Shown in pieces: positions 28,940 through 37,656 of a stretch of 64,000 nucleotides of DNA. Each line of letters begins with the position of its first letter. The stretch's first letter is position 1. Under the pieces are notes generated by a model. That model was not told the DNA's origin. It was given only the letters and a program-made list of their open reading frames with translations, and made no database searches. Location of the stretch: NCBI GenBank assembly GCA_030744625.1, contig JASLQF010000008.1, forward strand, positions 5,168 to 69,167, read 5' to 3'. The stretch is from Rhodospirillales bacterium (lineage in GTDB: Bacteria; Pseudomonadota; Alphaproteobacteria; Rhodospirillales; JASLQF01). Both the position numbers and the translations under genes were made by a program.

Positions 28940-30226
28940 ATGGCTGAACGCAAATCCGTGGAGTCCCTGCTGGCGGCGGGTGGAGGCAACATCTCCGACC
29001 ACCTGCGGCTGCTCGCCGATCTCGGCCACGACTTCGCCGCTTCCCTCGACATCGAGGAGACCCTGAGAAGCGCCATCGAGCGCATCACCACGTACCTGGA
29101 TGCCGCCGGCGGGGCGCTGTTCATGCTCGAGGAAGGGGGCTCCACGCTGTGCTGCCACGCCTGCCATGGCGCCACCGAGATCACCGGGCTTACCTTGAGC
29201 AGCGACCAGGGCATCATCGGGCGCTGCGTGCAGACCGATTCGGGCGCCATCGTTCGCGACGCCGCCGATGATCCCGATTTCGACACCACCACCGACGAGC
29301 AGACCGGGTTCACCACCCTTTCCATCCTGTGCGCGCCCCTGAGCGTGCACGGCGAGAGGATCGGCGCCATCGAGCTGGTCAACAAGCTGAGCGAAGACGG
29401 GCAGTTCACCGAGGCCGACCTCGCCGTCCTCCAGGCCCTGAGTTCGGCGGCGGCGCTGGCCATCATCAACGCCCGCATGGCGGCCGAGCTGATGGAGCAG
29501 GAGCGCGTGCGCCGCGAACTCGAACTGGCCGCCGAGATCCAGCGCAGCCTCCTGCCCGAGGACCGCGGCGACGGCTTTCCCGTGCACGGGATCAACCGGC
29601 CGGCGCGCACGGTCTCGGGCGACTTCTACGACTATTTTGGGCTCGACGACGGGCGCATCTGCTTCAATCTCGGCGACGTGTCGGGCAAGGGCATGAACGC
29701 CGCCCTGCTCATGGCCAAGACGGCGAGCCTGTATCGCTGCCTCGGCAAGACCATTCATGAGCCGGGGCTCCTGTTGAGCAAGGTCAACGCGGAAATCTGC
29801 GAGACCGCGACGCGCGGCATGTTCGTCACCATGGTGGGCGGCATCTACGACCCGGCGGCGGGTGTCGTGCGCCTCGCCAACGCCGGACACGAGCCGCCGC
29901 TGCATCGCGCCCCGGACGGTTCTTTCGCGGCGCTCCAGGCCGAGGCGCCGCCGCTGGGCATCGTGCCGCCGGTGATGCCGGACGACGCCTATCCCGAAAC
30001 CGAACTGCACCTTGACGGGGGCGCCCTCTACGTTTTCACTGACGGGGTGACCGAAGGGTACCTGGACGATGGCACGACCCTCGAGGTGGAGGGCCTCAAG
30101 GCGCTGCTCGACGAGGTCCGGGACCGCGGCCTGAGGGAGCGCTTGGCGGCCGTCGTCTCCCGGCTCGACCCGGGAGACGCGCCCTTGCGCGACGACGTGA
30201 CGATATTGGCCATAGACGATGCATGA
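28940..30226 (+). CDS. GAF domain-containing PP2C (SpoIIE/RsbU-type) serine phosphatase
   Basis: ORF 28901..30226; N-terminal GAF region, C-terminal PP2C motifs (VSGDFYDYF, GDVSGKGMNAAL, TDGVTE). Confidence 0.85.
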   Translation: MAERKSVESLLAAGGGNISDHLRLLADLGHDFAASLDIEETLRSAIERITTYLDAAGGALFMLEEGGSTLCCHACHGATEITGLTLSSDQGIIGRCVQTDSGAIVRDAADDPDFDTTTDEQTGFTTLSILCAPLSVHGERIGAIELVNKLSEDGQFTEADLAVLQALSSAAALAIINARMAAELMEQERVRRELELAAEIQRSLLPEDRGDGFPVHGINRPARTVSGDFYDYFGLDDGRICFNLGDVSGKGMNAALLMAKTASLYRCLGKTIHEPGLLLSKVNAEICETATRGMFVTMVGGIYDPAAGVVRLANAGHEPPLHRAPDGSFAALQAEAPPLGIVPPVMPDDAYPETELHLDGGALYVFTDGVTEGYLDDGTTLEVEGLKALLDEVRDRGLRERLAAVVSRLDPGDAPLRDDVTILAIDDA

Positions 30227-30680
30227 GGCGCGCCCGCAATTGAAAACACAGCACCCCGATGAAGCCGACGGAGAGGTCCTGGTGGCCTTGCGCGGCCCGG
30301 CCCGGGCGGAGCGCTTGAAGGACATCCGCGCCGCCGTCGGCGAAGCGGCCTTGAGGTGCGGCTGCGCGGAAGAAGTGGCCCAGGACATCGTCCTCGCCGT
30401 CGACGAGGCCTGCCAGAACGTCATCCGCCACGCCTATGGCGGGGCACCCGGAGGAGAAATGATCGTCCAGGTGCGGCGCACCGGCGACGGCATGGAAGTG
30501 TCGCTGACGGATTTCGCCGAGACCGTCGATCCCGCCACCATCAAGCCGCGTTCCCTGGACGACGTGCGCCCGGGCGGGCTGGGCACTCATTTCATCAACC
30601 AGATCATGGACGAGGTGCAATATCTGGTGCCCCCCGGGGGACGCGGCAACCAGCTCAGAATGGTCAAACGGATTGCGTGA
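30219..30680 (+). CDS. RsbW-like anti-sigma-type serine kinase (HATPase_c_2)
   Basis: 153 aa; EACQNVIRHAY N-box and GGLGTHFINQIMDEV G-box; 8-bp overlap with the phosphatase gene. Confidence 0.8.
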   Translation: MHEARPQLKTQHPDEADGEVLVALRGPARAERLKDIRAAVGEAALRCGCAEEVAQDIVLAVDEACQNVIRHAYGGAPGGEMIVQVRRTGDGMEVSLTDFAETVDPATIKPRSLDDVRPGGLGTHFINQIMDEVQYLVPPGGRGNQLRMVKRIA

Positions 30681-30689
30681 GATATTCCC

Positions 30690-31022
30690 ATGAACCATGA
30701 AGTCACCGAAGAAGGAAAGGCGATCGTCGTCGCTCTCGAGGGGGACGTGGACCTCTCCAGCTCGCCGGACGCGCGCAAGATCCTTCTCGAATGCGTGCGC
30801 AAGGGCCGTCCCGTCATCGTCGACATGGCGGGCGTCTCCTACATCGACAGTTCCGGCGTCGCCTCCCTGGTCGAGTCCTTGCAGGGCGCGCGCAAGGCGG
30901 GCTGTGAATTCGCCCTCGCCGCGATCAGCGAACCGGCCCTTCGGGTGCTGCATCTGGCCAGGCTGGATACGGTCTTCACCATCCATGAGAGCCGCGAGGC
31001 CGCCCTCGCCGAACTGGGCTGA
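30690..31022 (+). CDS. STAS domain protein (anti-sigma-factor-antagonist fold)
   Basis: 110 aa; phospho-serine context VSYIDSSGVASLV. Confidence 0.85.
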   Translation: MNHEVTEEGKAIVVALEGDVDLSSSPDARKILLECVRKGRPVIVDMAGVSYIDSSGVASLVESLQGARKAGCEFALAAISEPALRVLHLARLDTVFTIHESREAALAELG

Positions 31023-31033
31023 CGGGGAGCCCC

Positions 31034-31849
31034 ATGGCATCGACGCAATCCGGCAACGCCGCCGCCCACTTCGCCGAACGGGTGGGCCGCGCCTGGCTGG
31101 CGGGGCTGGCGGGGCTCGGCTATTGCGGGAGCCTGGTGGTCGAGAGCCTGTACTGGCTTTTCCTCGGGCCTCGCGTCAAGCAGACCGTGCGCGTCGGTGC
31201 CGTCTTCGCGCAGATGATGGAGATCGGCATCGGCGCCATTCCCATCGTGGCGCTGCTGGGCGCCGCCATCGGCGCCATGCTGGCCATCCAGGGTATCTAC
31301 AGCCTCAGCATCTTCGGTGCCGAATCGCGGGTCGTCTTCGGCATCGCGCTATCCATGACGCGCGAGTTCGCGCCCCTGATCACCGGCATCCTGGTGGCCG
31401 GCCGCTCGGGCTCGGCCCTGGCGGCACGGCTCGGCATCATGACCATCAACCAGGAGATCGACGCCCTCACCGTCATGGGCATCAACCCGGTGCGCTACCT
31501 GGTGGTGCCGGCCTTCATCGCCCTCGTCGTCATGGTGCCGGCCCTGACCTTCCTCAGCAACGTCGTCGGACTGTGGGCCGGCGGCCTTTACGTCGGGATC
31601 GAGCTCGACATGAGCATGGCCGCCTATGTCGATCAGACCATCGAAACGTTGTCCGTGGACGACCTCATGCACGGCATTTGGAAGAGCCTGATCTTTGCCG
31701 TCCTCATCACGGTCATCGGGGTCGCCAACGGCGCCTCGGTCACCGGCGGCGCCGAGGGGGTGGGCCGGGTGACGACGCGGGCGGTGGTGCAGTCGATCAT
31801 GGCGATCGTGGTCACCGACATGATCTTTGCCTTCGTGGCGACGCGCTGA
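31034..31849 (+). CDS. mlaE: MlaE family ABC transporter permease
   Basis: 271 aa; typical MlaE/Ttg2B pattern (REFAPLITGILVAGRSGSALAA, INPVRYLVVP). Confidence 0.9.
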   Translation: MASTQSGNAAAHFAERVGRAWLAGLAGLGYCGSLVVESLYWLFLGPRVKQTVRVGAVFAQMMEIGIGAIPIVALLGAAIGAMLAIQGIYSLSIFGAESRVVFGIALSMTREFAPLITGILVAGRSGSALAARLGIMTINQEIDALTVMGINPVRYLVVPAFIALVVMVPALTFLSNVVGLWAGGLYVGIELDMSMAAYVDQTIETLSVDDLMHGIWKSLIFAVLITVIGVANGASVTGGAEGVGRVTTRAVVQSIMAIVVTDMIFAFVATR

Positions 31850-31851
31850 CC

Positions 31852-32688
31852 ATGGATACATCCCCGGAACCCGCTGAAAGCGTCAAGGTGCTCGAGGTCG
31901 AGAACCTGGTCGCCCAATACGGCGAACGCATCATCCTCGATGGCGTCAGCCTCGACGTCCACGAGGGCGAGATCATGATCATCATGGGGGGCAGCGGGTC
32001 GGGCAAGAGCACGCTTTTGCGCCACCTCATGGGCCTCGAGCGGCGCGCATCCGGTACCATCAGGATGCTGGGCCAGGACACGGCCGCCTTGACCGGCCAA
32101 GAGAAGCTGGAACTGCACAAAAGGATCGGCGTCGCCTTCCAGGGCGGCGCGCTGTTCTCCTCGATGACGGTGGGCGAGAACATCATGCTGCCGCTCCAAG
32201 AGCACACCGACCTCGACCTGCGGACCATGGAGATCATGGCCCGCATGAAGCTCGAGGTGGTGGACCTCGCCGGTTTCGAGGACCTCATGCCGTCCGAGCT
32301 CTCGGGTGGCATGATCAAGCGCGCCGCCTTTGCCCGCGCCATCGTCATGGACCCCAAGATCCTGTTCTGCGACGAGCCCTCGGCCGGTTTGGACCCGGTC
32401 GTCGCTTCGGCGCTCGACGACCTCATCCTGCGCATGCGCGACGCGCTCGGCATGAGCATCGTCGTGGTCACCCACGAGCTCGACAGCGCCTTCAAGATCG
32501 CCGACCGCATGACCGTGCTCGACGCGGGTAGGATCCTGTTCATCGGCACGCCGGACGAACTGCGCGCCGAGCAAAGCGAGCGCATTCAGAACCTGCTCCA
32601 CCGACGCACCGAGGAAGAGACCGGCGATCCGGAAGAGTACCTGCGCCGCCTGTTGGGCGAGAGGCTGGATAAGGAAGGGCACCCATGA
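31852..32688 (+). CDS. mlaF: MlaF-like ABC transporter ATP-binding protein
   Basis: C-terminal 278 aa of ORF 30697..32688, from MDTSPEPAES; Walker A GGSGSGKST, signature LSGGMIKR, Walker B ILFCDEP. Confidence 0.9.
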   Translation: MDTSPEPAESVKVLEVENLVAQYGERIILDGVSLDVHEGEIMIIMGGSGSGKSTLLRHLMGLERRASGTIRMLGQDTAALTGQEKLELHKRIGVAFQGGALFSSMTVGENIMLPLQEHTDLDLRTMEIMARMKLEVVDLAGFEDLMPSELSGGMIKRAAFARAIVMDPKILFCDEPSAGLDPVVASALDDLILRMRDALGMSIVVVTHELDSAFKIADRMTVLDAGRILFIGTPDELRAEQSERIQNLLHRRTEEETGDPEEYLRRLLGERLDKEGHP

Positions 32689-33680
32689 AAAGCAGCCGCG
32701 TCAACTACGTCGTCGTCGGCGCCTTCGTCCTCGCCGTCCTCGTCGGTCTGGTGGTGTCCGTGGCGTTGCTCACGGGCAGGACGGGGACCACCGATTCCTA
32801 CTACGCCACCTACCGGAACGTCACCGGCGTCAAGTTCGGCAGCCAGGTGCTCTACGAGGGCTTTCCCATCGGCCAGGTGGAGGAAGTGACGCCCGAACCC
32901 TGGAAGGGCGGCATGCGCTTCCGAGTCGATTTCAGCGTCGTCGAGGGCTGGCGCATTCCCGCCGACAGCGTTGCCGAGATCGCCGCCCCCGGATTGCTCG
33001 CCGCCATCACCATCAGCATCCGCGCCGGCGCGAGCGCCGCCGCCCTGGCCCCGGGCAACGAGTTGAAGGCGCGCGAGGCGTCCAACGTCTTCGCGGTCCT
33101 GTCCTCGGTGGCGAGCGACGTCACCGAACTTACCGAGGGCAGCCTCAAGCCACTCCTGACGAACCTCAACGAGACCGTCGGCACCATCGGCGGAATGATG
33201 GACGACGAGATCAAGACGTTGCTCGGACAAATCACCGAAATCGCCGCCGACGTCGCCGAGCGCACGCCGCGCATCGCCGACAAGATAGAGGCGGTGGCCG
33301 GCAAGCTGGACCGCTCGAGCGAGGAGATCGCGGAGCTCCTGAAGCCCGAAAACCGAAGGAAGCTCGAGACGTTTCTCGCCAACATGGACGAGACGGCGGG
33401 CAATTTTGCCAAGCTCACCGCCGACCTCGAGGAAACCCGTCTCAAATTGGACTCGCTGATCGCCTCGGTTGACGACATGATCATCGAGAACAAGGAAAGC
33501 CTTGGGAAGTCGCTCGACGACTTCGGCTACATAGCCGATTCGACGGCCCGCCATATAGACGCCGTCAACCAGAACCTGGAAGGGGCGGCCCGGAACATGT
33601 ATGAGTTCACGCGCCAGATCAGGCAGAACCCGGGCCTCCTGCTCGGGGGGCAGCCGCCGGCCGGCGAAGCGGCCCGCTAG
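32685..33680 (+). CDS. mlaD: MlaD/MCE family substrate-binding protein
   Basis: 331 aa; N-terminal TM, MCE domain (VTGVKFGSQVLYEGFPIGQV), long helical C-terminus; ATGA overlap with mlaF. Confidence 0.85.
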   Translation: MKSSRVNYVVVGAFVLAVLVGLVVSVALLTGRTGTTDSYYATYRNVTGVKFGSQVLYEGFPIGQVEEVTPEPWKGGMRFRVDFSVVEGWRIPADSVAEIAAPGLLAAITISIRAGASAAALAPGNELKAREASNVFAVLSSVASDVTELTEGSLKPLLTNLNETVGTIGGMMDDEIKTLLGQITEIAADVAERTPRIADKIEAVAGKLDRSSEEIAELLKPENRRKLETFLANMDETAGNFAKLTADLEETRLKLDSLIASVDDMIIENKESLGKSLDDFGYIADSTARHIDAVNQNLEGAARNMYEFTRQIRQNPGLLLGGQPPAGEAAR

Positions 33681-34312
33681 TGATGCGATCGGCCGGAGGA
33701 ATGCTGTTGAGAAAAGCGTCTTGGTCGTTGTTCCTGTTGCTGGTCCCGGCTCTCGGCGCGTGCGCGCAGCCGCCGGTGCCCCAGGACACGTTCTACCGGC
33801 TCGAGGTGGGGGCGCCGGAAAAGGTGCTCTCCGTCCCCCACCTCCAAGGGACGCTCGAGATCGAGCGCCTCTCAGCCGATGGCCTGACCGCCGGACGCCC
33901 CATCGTCTACAGCAGAAGCGACCGTCCCCGGGAGTTGCAGGAATACCATTACCACTTCTGGACCGAACCGCCGCCGGTCATGCTGCGCGATCAGCTGGTC
34001 GCCTACCTGCGCCGCGCCAAGGTGGCGTCCGCCATCGTTACACCGGAGATGCGCGTTGCCGTGGACTATGCGCTAACCGGAAAGATCAAGCGCCTGGAAA
34101 GGGTGATCGGCGCTTCGTCCGGGGCCGCGAAAGCCATCGTCGAGTTGGAACTGGGGGTGAGGCAGACGGCCGGCGAGCGGCTCCTGTTCCTCGACACCTA
34201 TCGTGTCGAGACGGCGGCCGCGGCCGATACCGTGAGCGCCGCGGTCGACGCCCTAAACGAGGGACTGAACCGCGTGTTCGCTCTTTTCGTGGCCGACTTG
34301 TCGAAGAATTGA
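33680..34312 (+). CDS. ABC-type transport auxiliary lipoprotein (PqiC/DUF330-like)
   Basis: 210 aa; lipobox LGAC; LTGKIKRLERV-type pattern of the ABC_trans_aux family. Confidence 0.72.
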   Translation: MMRSAGGMLLRKASWSLFLLLVPALGACAQPPVPQDTFYRLEVGAPEKVLSVPHLQGTLEIERLSADGLTAGRPIVYSRSDRPRELQEYHYHFWTEPPPVMLRDQLVAYLRRAKVASAIVTPEMRVAVDYALTGKIKRLERVIGASSGAAKAIVELELGVRQTAGERLLFLDTYRVETAAAADTVSAAVDALNEGLNRVFALFVADLSKN

Positions 34313-34402
34313 CGCCGTCCGCCGCCCACCCCGACGATGCGTGTGGACGAAAGACGCAAAACGGGCCAACCTGTGAACAGTAGCAAGGCCGGTGGCTGAT
34401 CG

Positions 34403-35038
34403 ATGACCGTCAAATCGACCAATATCACGCGCGTCCAGCATCGGATGGCGCGGGAATCCCGGTGGGCCGCCAACAGCCACAGCGGCGGGGTCCTCTGGTT
34501 GACCGGCCTTTCGGGGTCGGGAAAGTCGACCCTGGCCTTCGAGGTGGAAAAGCGGATGTTCGAAGAGGGGTATCAGGTTTACGTCCTCGACGGCGACAAC
34601 ATCCGCCACGGGTTGAGTTCCGATCTCGGCTTCTCGCCGGAGGACCGGGTGGAAAACATCCGCCGCGTCGGCGAGATCGCCGCCCTCTTCGCCGATGCCG
34701 GCTCCGTCGTCGTCACGGCCTTCATTTCCCCCTACCGCCGCGACCGCGAGCTGGCCCGACAAGCGGCGTCCGACCAGTTTCACGAGGTCTACCTGTCGGC
34801 CGGCCTCGATGTCTGCGAGGGGCGCGACCCCAAGGGTCTCTACAGGAAGGCGCGGCGCGGCGAAATCCCAGAGTTCACCGGCGTGTCGGCGCCCTACGAG
34901 GCGCCGGAGCACCCGGAACTGACCATCGACACCGGGGAGCTGACGGTCGAGGAAAGCATGCAGGTCCTGCTCGAGTACGTGGGCCGCGCCTTCGCCGGAC
35001 CAGGCCGGACGAAGGCGAGAGGTGCCCTCGGCGGCTAA
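34403..35038 (+). CDS. cysC: Adenylyl-sulfate (APS) kinase
   Basis: 211 aa; GLSGSGKSTLA P-loop, LDGDNIRHGL, FISPYR. Confidence 0.9.
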   Translation: MTVKSTNITRVQHRMARESRWAANSHSGGVLWLTGLSGSGKSTLAFEVEKRMFEEGYQVYVLDGDNIRHGLSSDLGFSPEDRVENIRRVGEIAALFADAGSVVVTAFISPYRRDRELARQAASDQFHEVYLSAGLDVCEGRDPKGLYRKARRGEIPEFTGVSAPYEAPEHPELTIDTGELTVEESMQVLLEYVGRAFAGPGRTKARGALGG

Positions 35039-35048
35039 GGTTAGCGGA

Positions 35049-35291
35049 CTACAGGTCGAGGACCCGTTTGTAGAGGTCCAGAAGTTCCTCCCGCTGGCGG
35101 CGTTCGGCATTGTCCATTTTGCGGAGCCTGACGACCTGACGCACGACGGCGGCATCGAAGCCGGCCCCCTTGGCTTCGGAGTAGACTTCTCGAATATCGG
35201 CGGCCAGCGCCGCTTTCTCTTCCTCCAGCCGCTCTATCCTTTCGACCACGGAGCGTAGGCGCTCCGTCGCGAAACCGCCAATATCCGCCAT
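35049..35291 (-). CDS. DUF2312/UPF0335 protein (GapR-like)
   Basis: Last 80 aa of ORF 35049..35381, from MADIGGF; LRSVVERIERLEEEKAALAADIREVYSEAKGAGFD. Confidence 0.85.
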   Translation of the reverse strand: MADIGGFATERLRSVVERIERLEEEKAALAADIREVYSEAKGAGFDAAVVRQVVRLRKMDNAERRQREELLDLYKRVLDL

Positions 35292-35444
35292 CATCGTCAC
35301 CTCTTGCCGCCGCCTTCGGCACGATCCGGGAAGGGCGCGCCGCGAGGGCCGAACATAGTCGGCGCGGGCGCCGGCGCGCAAGCCGTTGCAGGTTCTTGAT
35401 GTGGAAAGGCTGAGAAACTACCCTCTCTCCGAAAGGGGGGTGCC

Positions 35445-36509
35445 TTGGCGATCTATGATTTCGAACGCTGCAGCGTCTATCTGGTCGAAGACAATGCGTA
35501 TATCCGCAAGGTTGTCGAAAGCCTGCTGCATGGCATCAAGTTCGGCCGCGTATCGAGCGCACCGGACGGGGCGGAGGCCATAGAATTCTTCAAGACCCTG
35601 CACGCGGGCGCGCGGCTGGGCGGCGGCCCGGCGTTCGACGTGGTCATCTCCGACCTGGTGATGGCGCCCATCAATGGCCTCCTGTTCCTACGCTGGCTGC
35701 GCACCGCCAAGGAGTCGCCCAACCGCTTCATTCCCTTCATCATGCTTTCTGGTGCCGCCGACACCAAATACGTCAACGCGGCGCGCGACCTGGGCGTGAC
35801 GGAATTCCTGAGCAAGCCGTTCTCGGTCACGTCGGTCTACAAGAAGATACTCGAGGTGATCGACTATCCACGGCAATTCGTCGCCACCCAGAGCTATTTC
35901 GGACCCGACCGCGGGCGCCAGGAGAAGGGCCCACCGGACGAGGACCGGCGCAAGATGAAGTCCGACGACATCACCATCGTCTATTCCGCCGACAAGGTGG
36001 TAAAGCCGAAGGATGGATCGGACGTCTGGTATTTCCGCCTGTCCAACCATCTGAAGGAAAAGGTCGGCGGCATGGGGTCCGGCGAGCCGGGGGAGATACC
36101 GACGGCGCTCCTCGATGAGGCCGAGGAGGAATTGGAGCGTGCCGCCCTGGACTTTACCGATTGGGCCGCCGACTACCTGGCCAAGTTGTCCAAGCTGTGT
36201 GACCGGGCGCTTGAGAAGGAGGGCACGCGGAGCGCCGAGTTCGAGGAGATCAATCTGCTGGCCCACGAGCTGAGGGGCCAAGGTGGCACCTTCGGCTATC
36301 CTCTGATCACCGTCTTCGGCAAGATGCTTTTCGACGTGACCGGCGAGGGCTGCGTCGAGGACGACAACGCGGTGGAGATCGTCAAGGCGCACATCGACGC
36401 CATGCGCGCCGTGATCCGCGAAAAGGTGGCTGGCGACGGCGGCAAGGTGGGCCGCGCGCTTCTGAAGTCGCTCGAGGTGGCGATCGAAAGGCAGACCAAA
36501 GTGACGTGA
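35445..36509 (+). CDS. Response regulator receiver protein with a C-terminal Hpt-like domain
   Basis: 354 aa; REC motifs (VYLVEDN, VISDLVMAPINGL, SKPF); C-terminal HELRGQGGTFGY fits HxLKGxxxxxG; TTG start. Confidence 0.78.
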   Translation: MAIYDFERCSVYLVEDNAYIRKVVESLLHGIKFGRVSSAPDGAEAIEFFKTLHAGARLGGGPAFDVVISDLVMAPINGLLFLRWLRTAKESPNRFIPFIMLSGAADTKYVNAARDLGVTEFLSKPFSVTSVYKKILEVIDYPRQFVATQSYFGPDRGRQEKGPPDEDRRKMKSDDITIVYSADKVVKPKDGSDVWYFRLSNHLKEKVGGMGSGEPGEIPTALLDEAEEELERAALDFTDWAADYLAKLSKLCDRALEKEGTRSAEFEEINLLAHELRGQGGTFGYPLITVFGKMLFDVTGEGCVEDDNAVEIVKAHIDAMRAVIREKVAGDGGKVGRALLKSLEVAIERQTKVT

Positions 36510-36518
36510 GCGGGCCGC

Positions 36519-37655
36519 TCAGAGGCCCTTGACCGTTTCCTCTATGAGCATGTCGACGACGGTCGCGAAGGCTTCCTCGCGGCTGGCGCCGGCCGCTTCG
36601 GCGGCGGCGAAGGCCTCGAGTTGGCGGTGGGCGCAGGTGCCCCCCTTGACGATCTCGCCGATGTGATTCAGTTCATCGGTGCACCCCAGGGCCTCGGCGT
36701 CCTCGCTGGTAAGGGCGATCAGCTCTTCGATCAGGTCGGCGCAGGGCACGATCTCCCCCTTTCCGAAATCGACAAGGCCGTCGTCGAGGCCGTAGCGTTG
36801 GGCCCGCCAGCGGTTCTCGTTTATCAGCATGGGCGCGTAAGTGCGCCAACGCTGATTGTCGCGGCGCAGCCGATAAAGCATGCGCACGATACACATGAAC
36901 AGCGCCGCGATGGCGGCGGCGTCGTCGAGCCGTGTACAGACGTCGGTAATGCGCATTTCGACGGTCGGGAAACGATGGCTTAGCCGTACGTCCCACCACA
37001 GCATGGAGGCGTCCTCGATCAGTCCGGCGTTGGTCAGGACCTCGATGTGGCGCTGGTATTCCCCATAGGAATCGAAGCGCTCGGGAAGGCCGGTTCGCGG
37101 CAACTCGTCGAAGACGCTGAGCCGATAGGATTTCAGCCCCGTGTTTTGGCCCTGCCAGAAAGGCGAAGACGTGCTCAGCGCCAACAGGTGGGGCAGGAAA
37201 TAGGCGATCTGATTGACCAGGTCGATGCGCAACTCGTCGTCGTCGATGCCGACGTGCACGTGCATGCCGCAGATCAAGAGCCGCCGCGCCACCGCCTGCA
37301 TGTCGCGCGCCAGGACGTGGTAGCGCTCCTTGTCGGTGTGCTTCTGCTCCGTCCACGACGAAAAGGGATGGGTGGAGGCGGCGATCGGGGCGAGCCCGTA
37401 CTTGTCCGCCGTCTCGGCCACGGTGCGGCGCAGCCATGCCAGATCGGCGCGCGCCTCGCGCACGTTCTTGCACACGGGGGTGGCGATCTCGATCTGGGAT
37501 TTCAGGAACTCCGGCTTGACCAGGTCTTTGATGCGGGCCTCGCATTCCTCGAGCATGGCGGCGGGCGGCTCGCTGGCGACATGGCGGGTGGCGCGGTCGA
37601 CCAGCAGGTACTCCTCCTCGATACCGATGGTTAAGGGGAGATCGGCATAGGTCAT
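36519..37655 (-). CDS. YbdK-type carboxylate-amine ligase (GCS2 family)
   Basis: Last 378 aa of ORF 36519..37793, from MTYADLPLTIGIEEEYLLVD; GMHVHVG motif. Confidence 0.85.
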   Translation of the reverse strand: MTYADLPLTIGIEEEYLLVDRATRHVASEPPAAMLEECEARIKDLVKPEFLKSQIEIATPVCKNVREARADLAWLRRTVAETADKYGLAPIAASTHPFSSWTEQKHTDKERYHVLARDMQAVARRLLICGMHVHVGIDDDELRIDLVNQIAYFLPHLLALSTSSPFWQGQNTGLKSYRLSVFDELPRTGLPERFDSYGEYQRHIEVLTNAGLIEDASMLWWDVRLSHRFPTVEMRITDVCTRLDDAAAIAALFMCIVRMLYRLRRDNQRWRTYAPMLINENRWRAQRYGLDDGLVDFGKGEIVPCADLIEELIALTSEDAEALGCTDELNHIGEIVKGGTCAHRQLEAFAAAEAAGASREEAFATVVDMLIEETVKGL

Positions 37656-37656
37656 G

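Noticed and set aside
30697-32688. A 663-aa ORF spanning the STAS, mlaE and mlaF regions. Similar cases are 25531..26286, 49436..50377 and 52320..52862.
   Set aside because: Only the C-terminal segments match protein families. The upstream parts are out-of-frame read-through of neighbouring genes.
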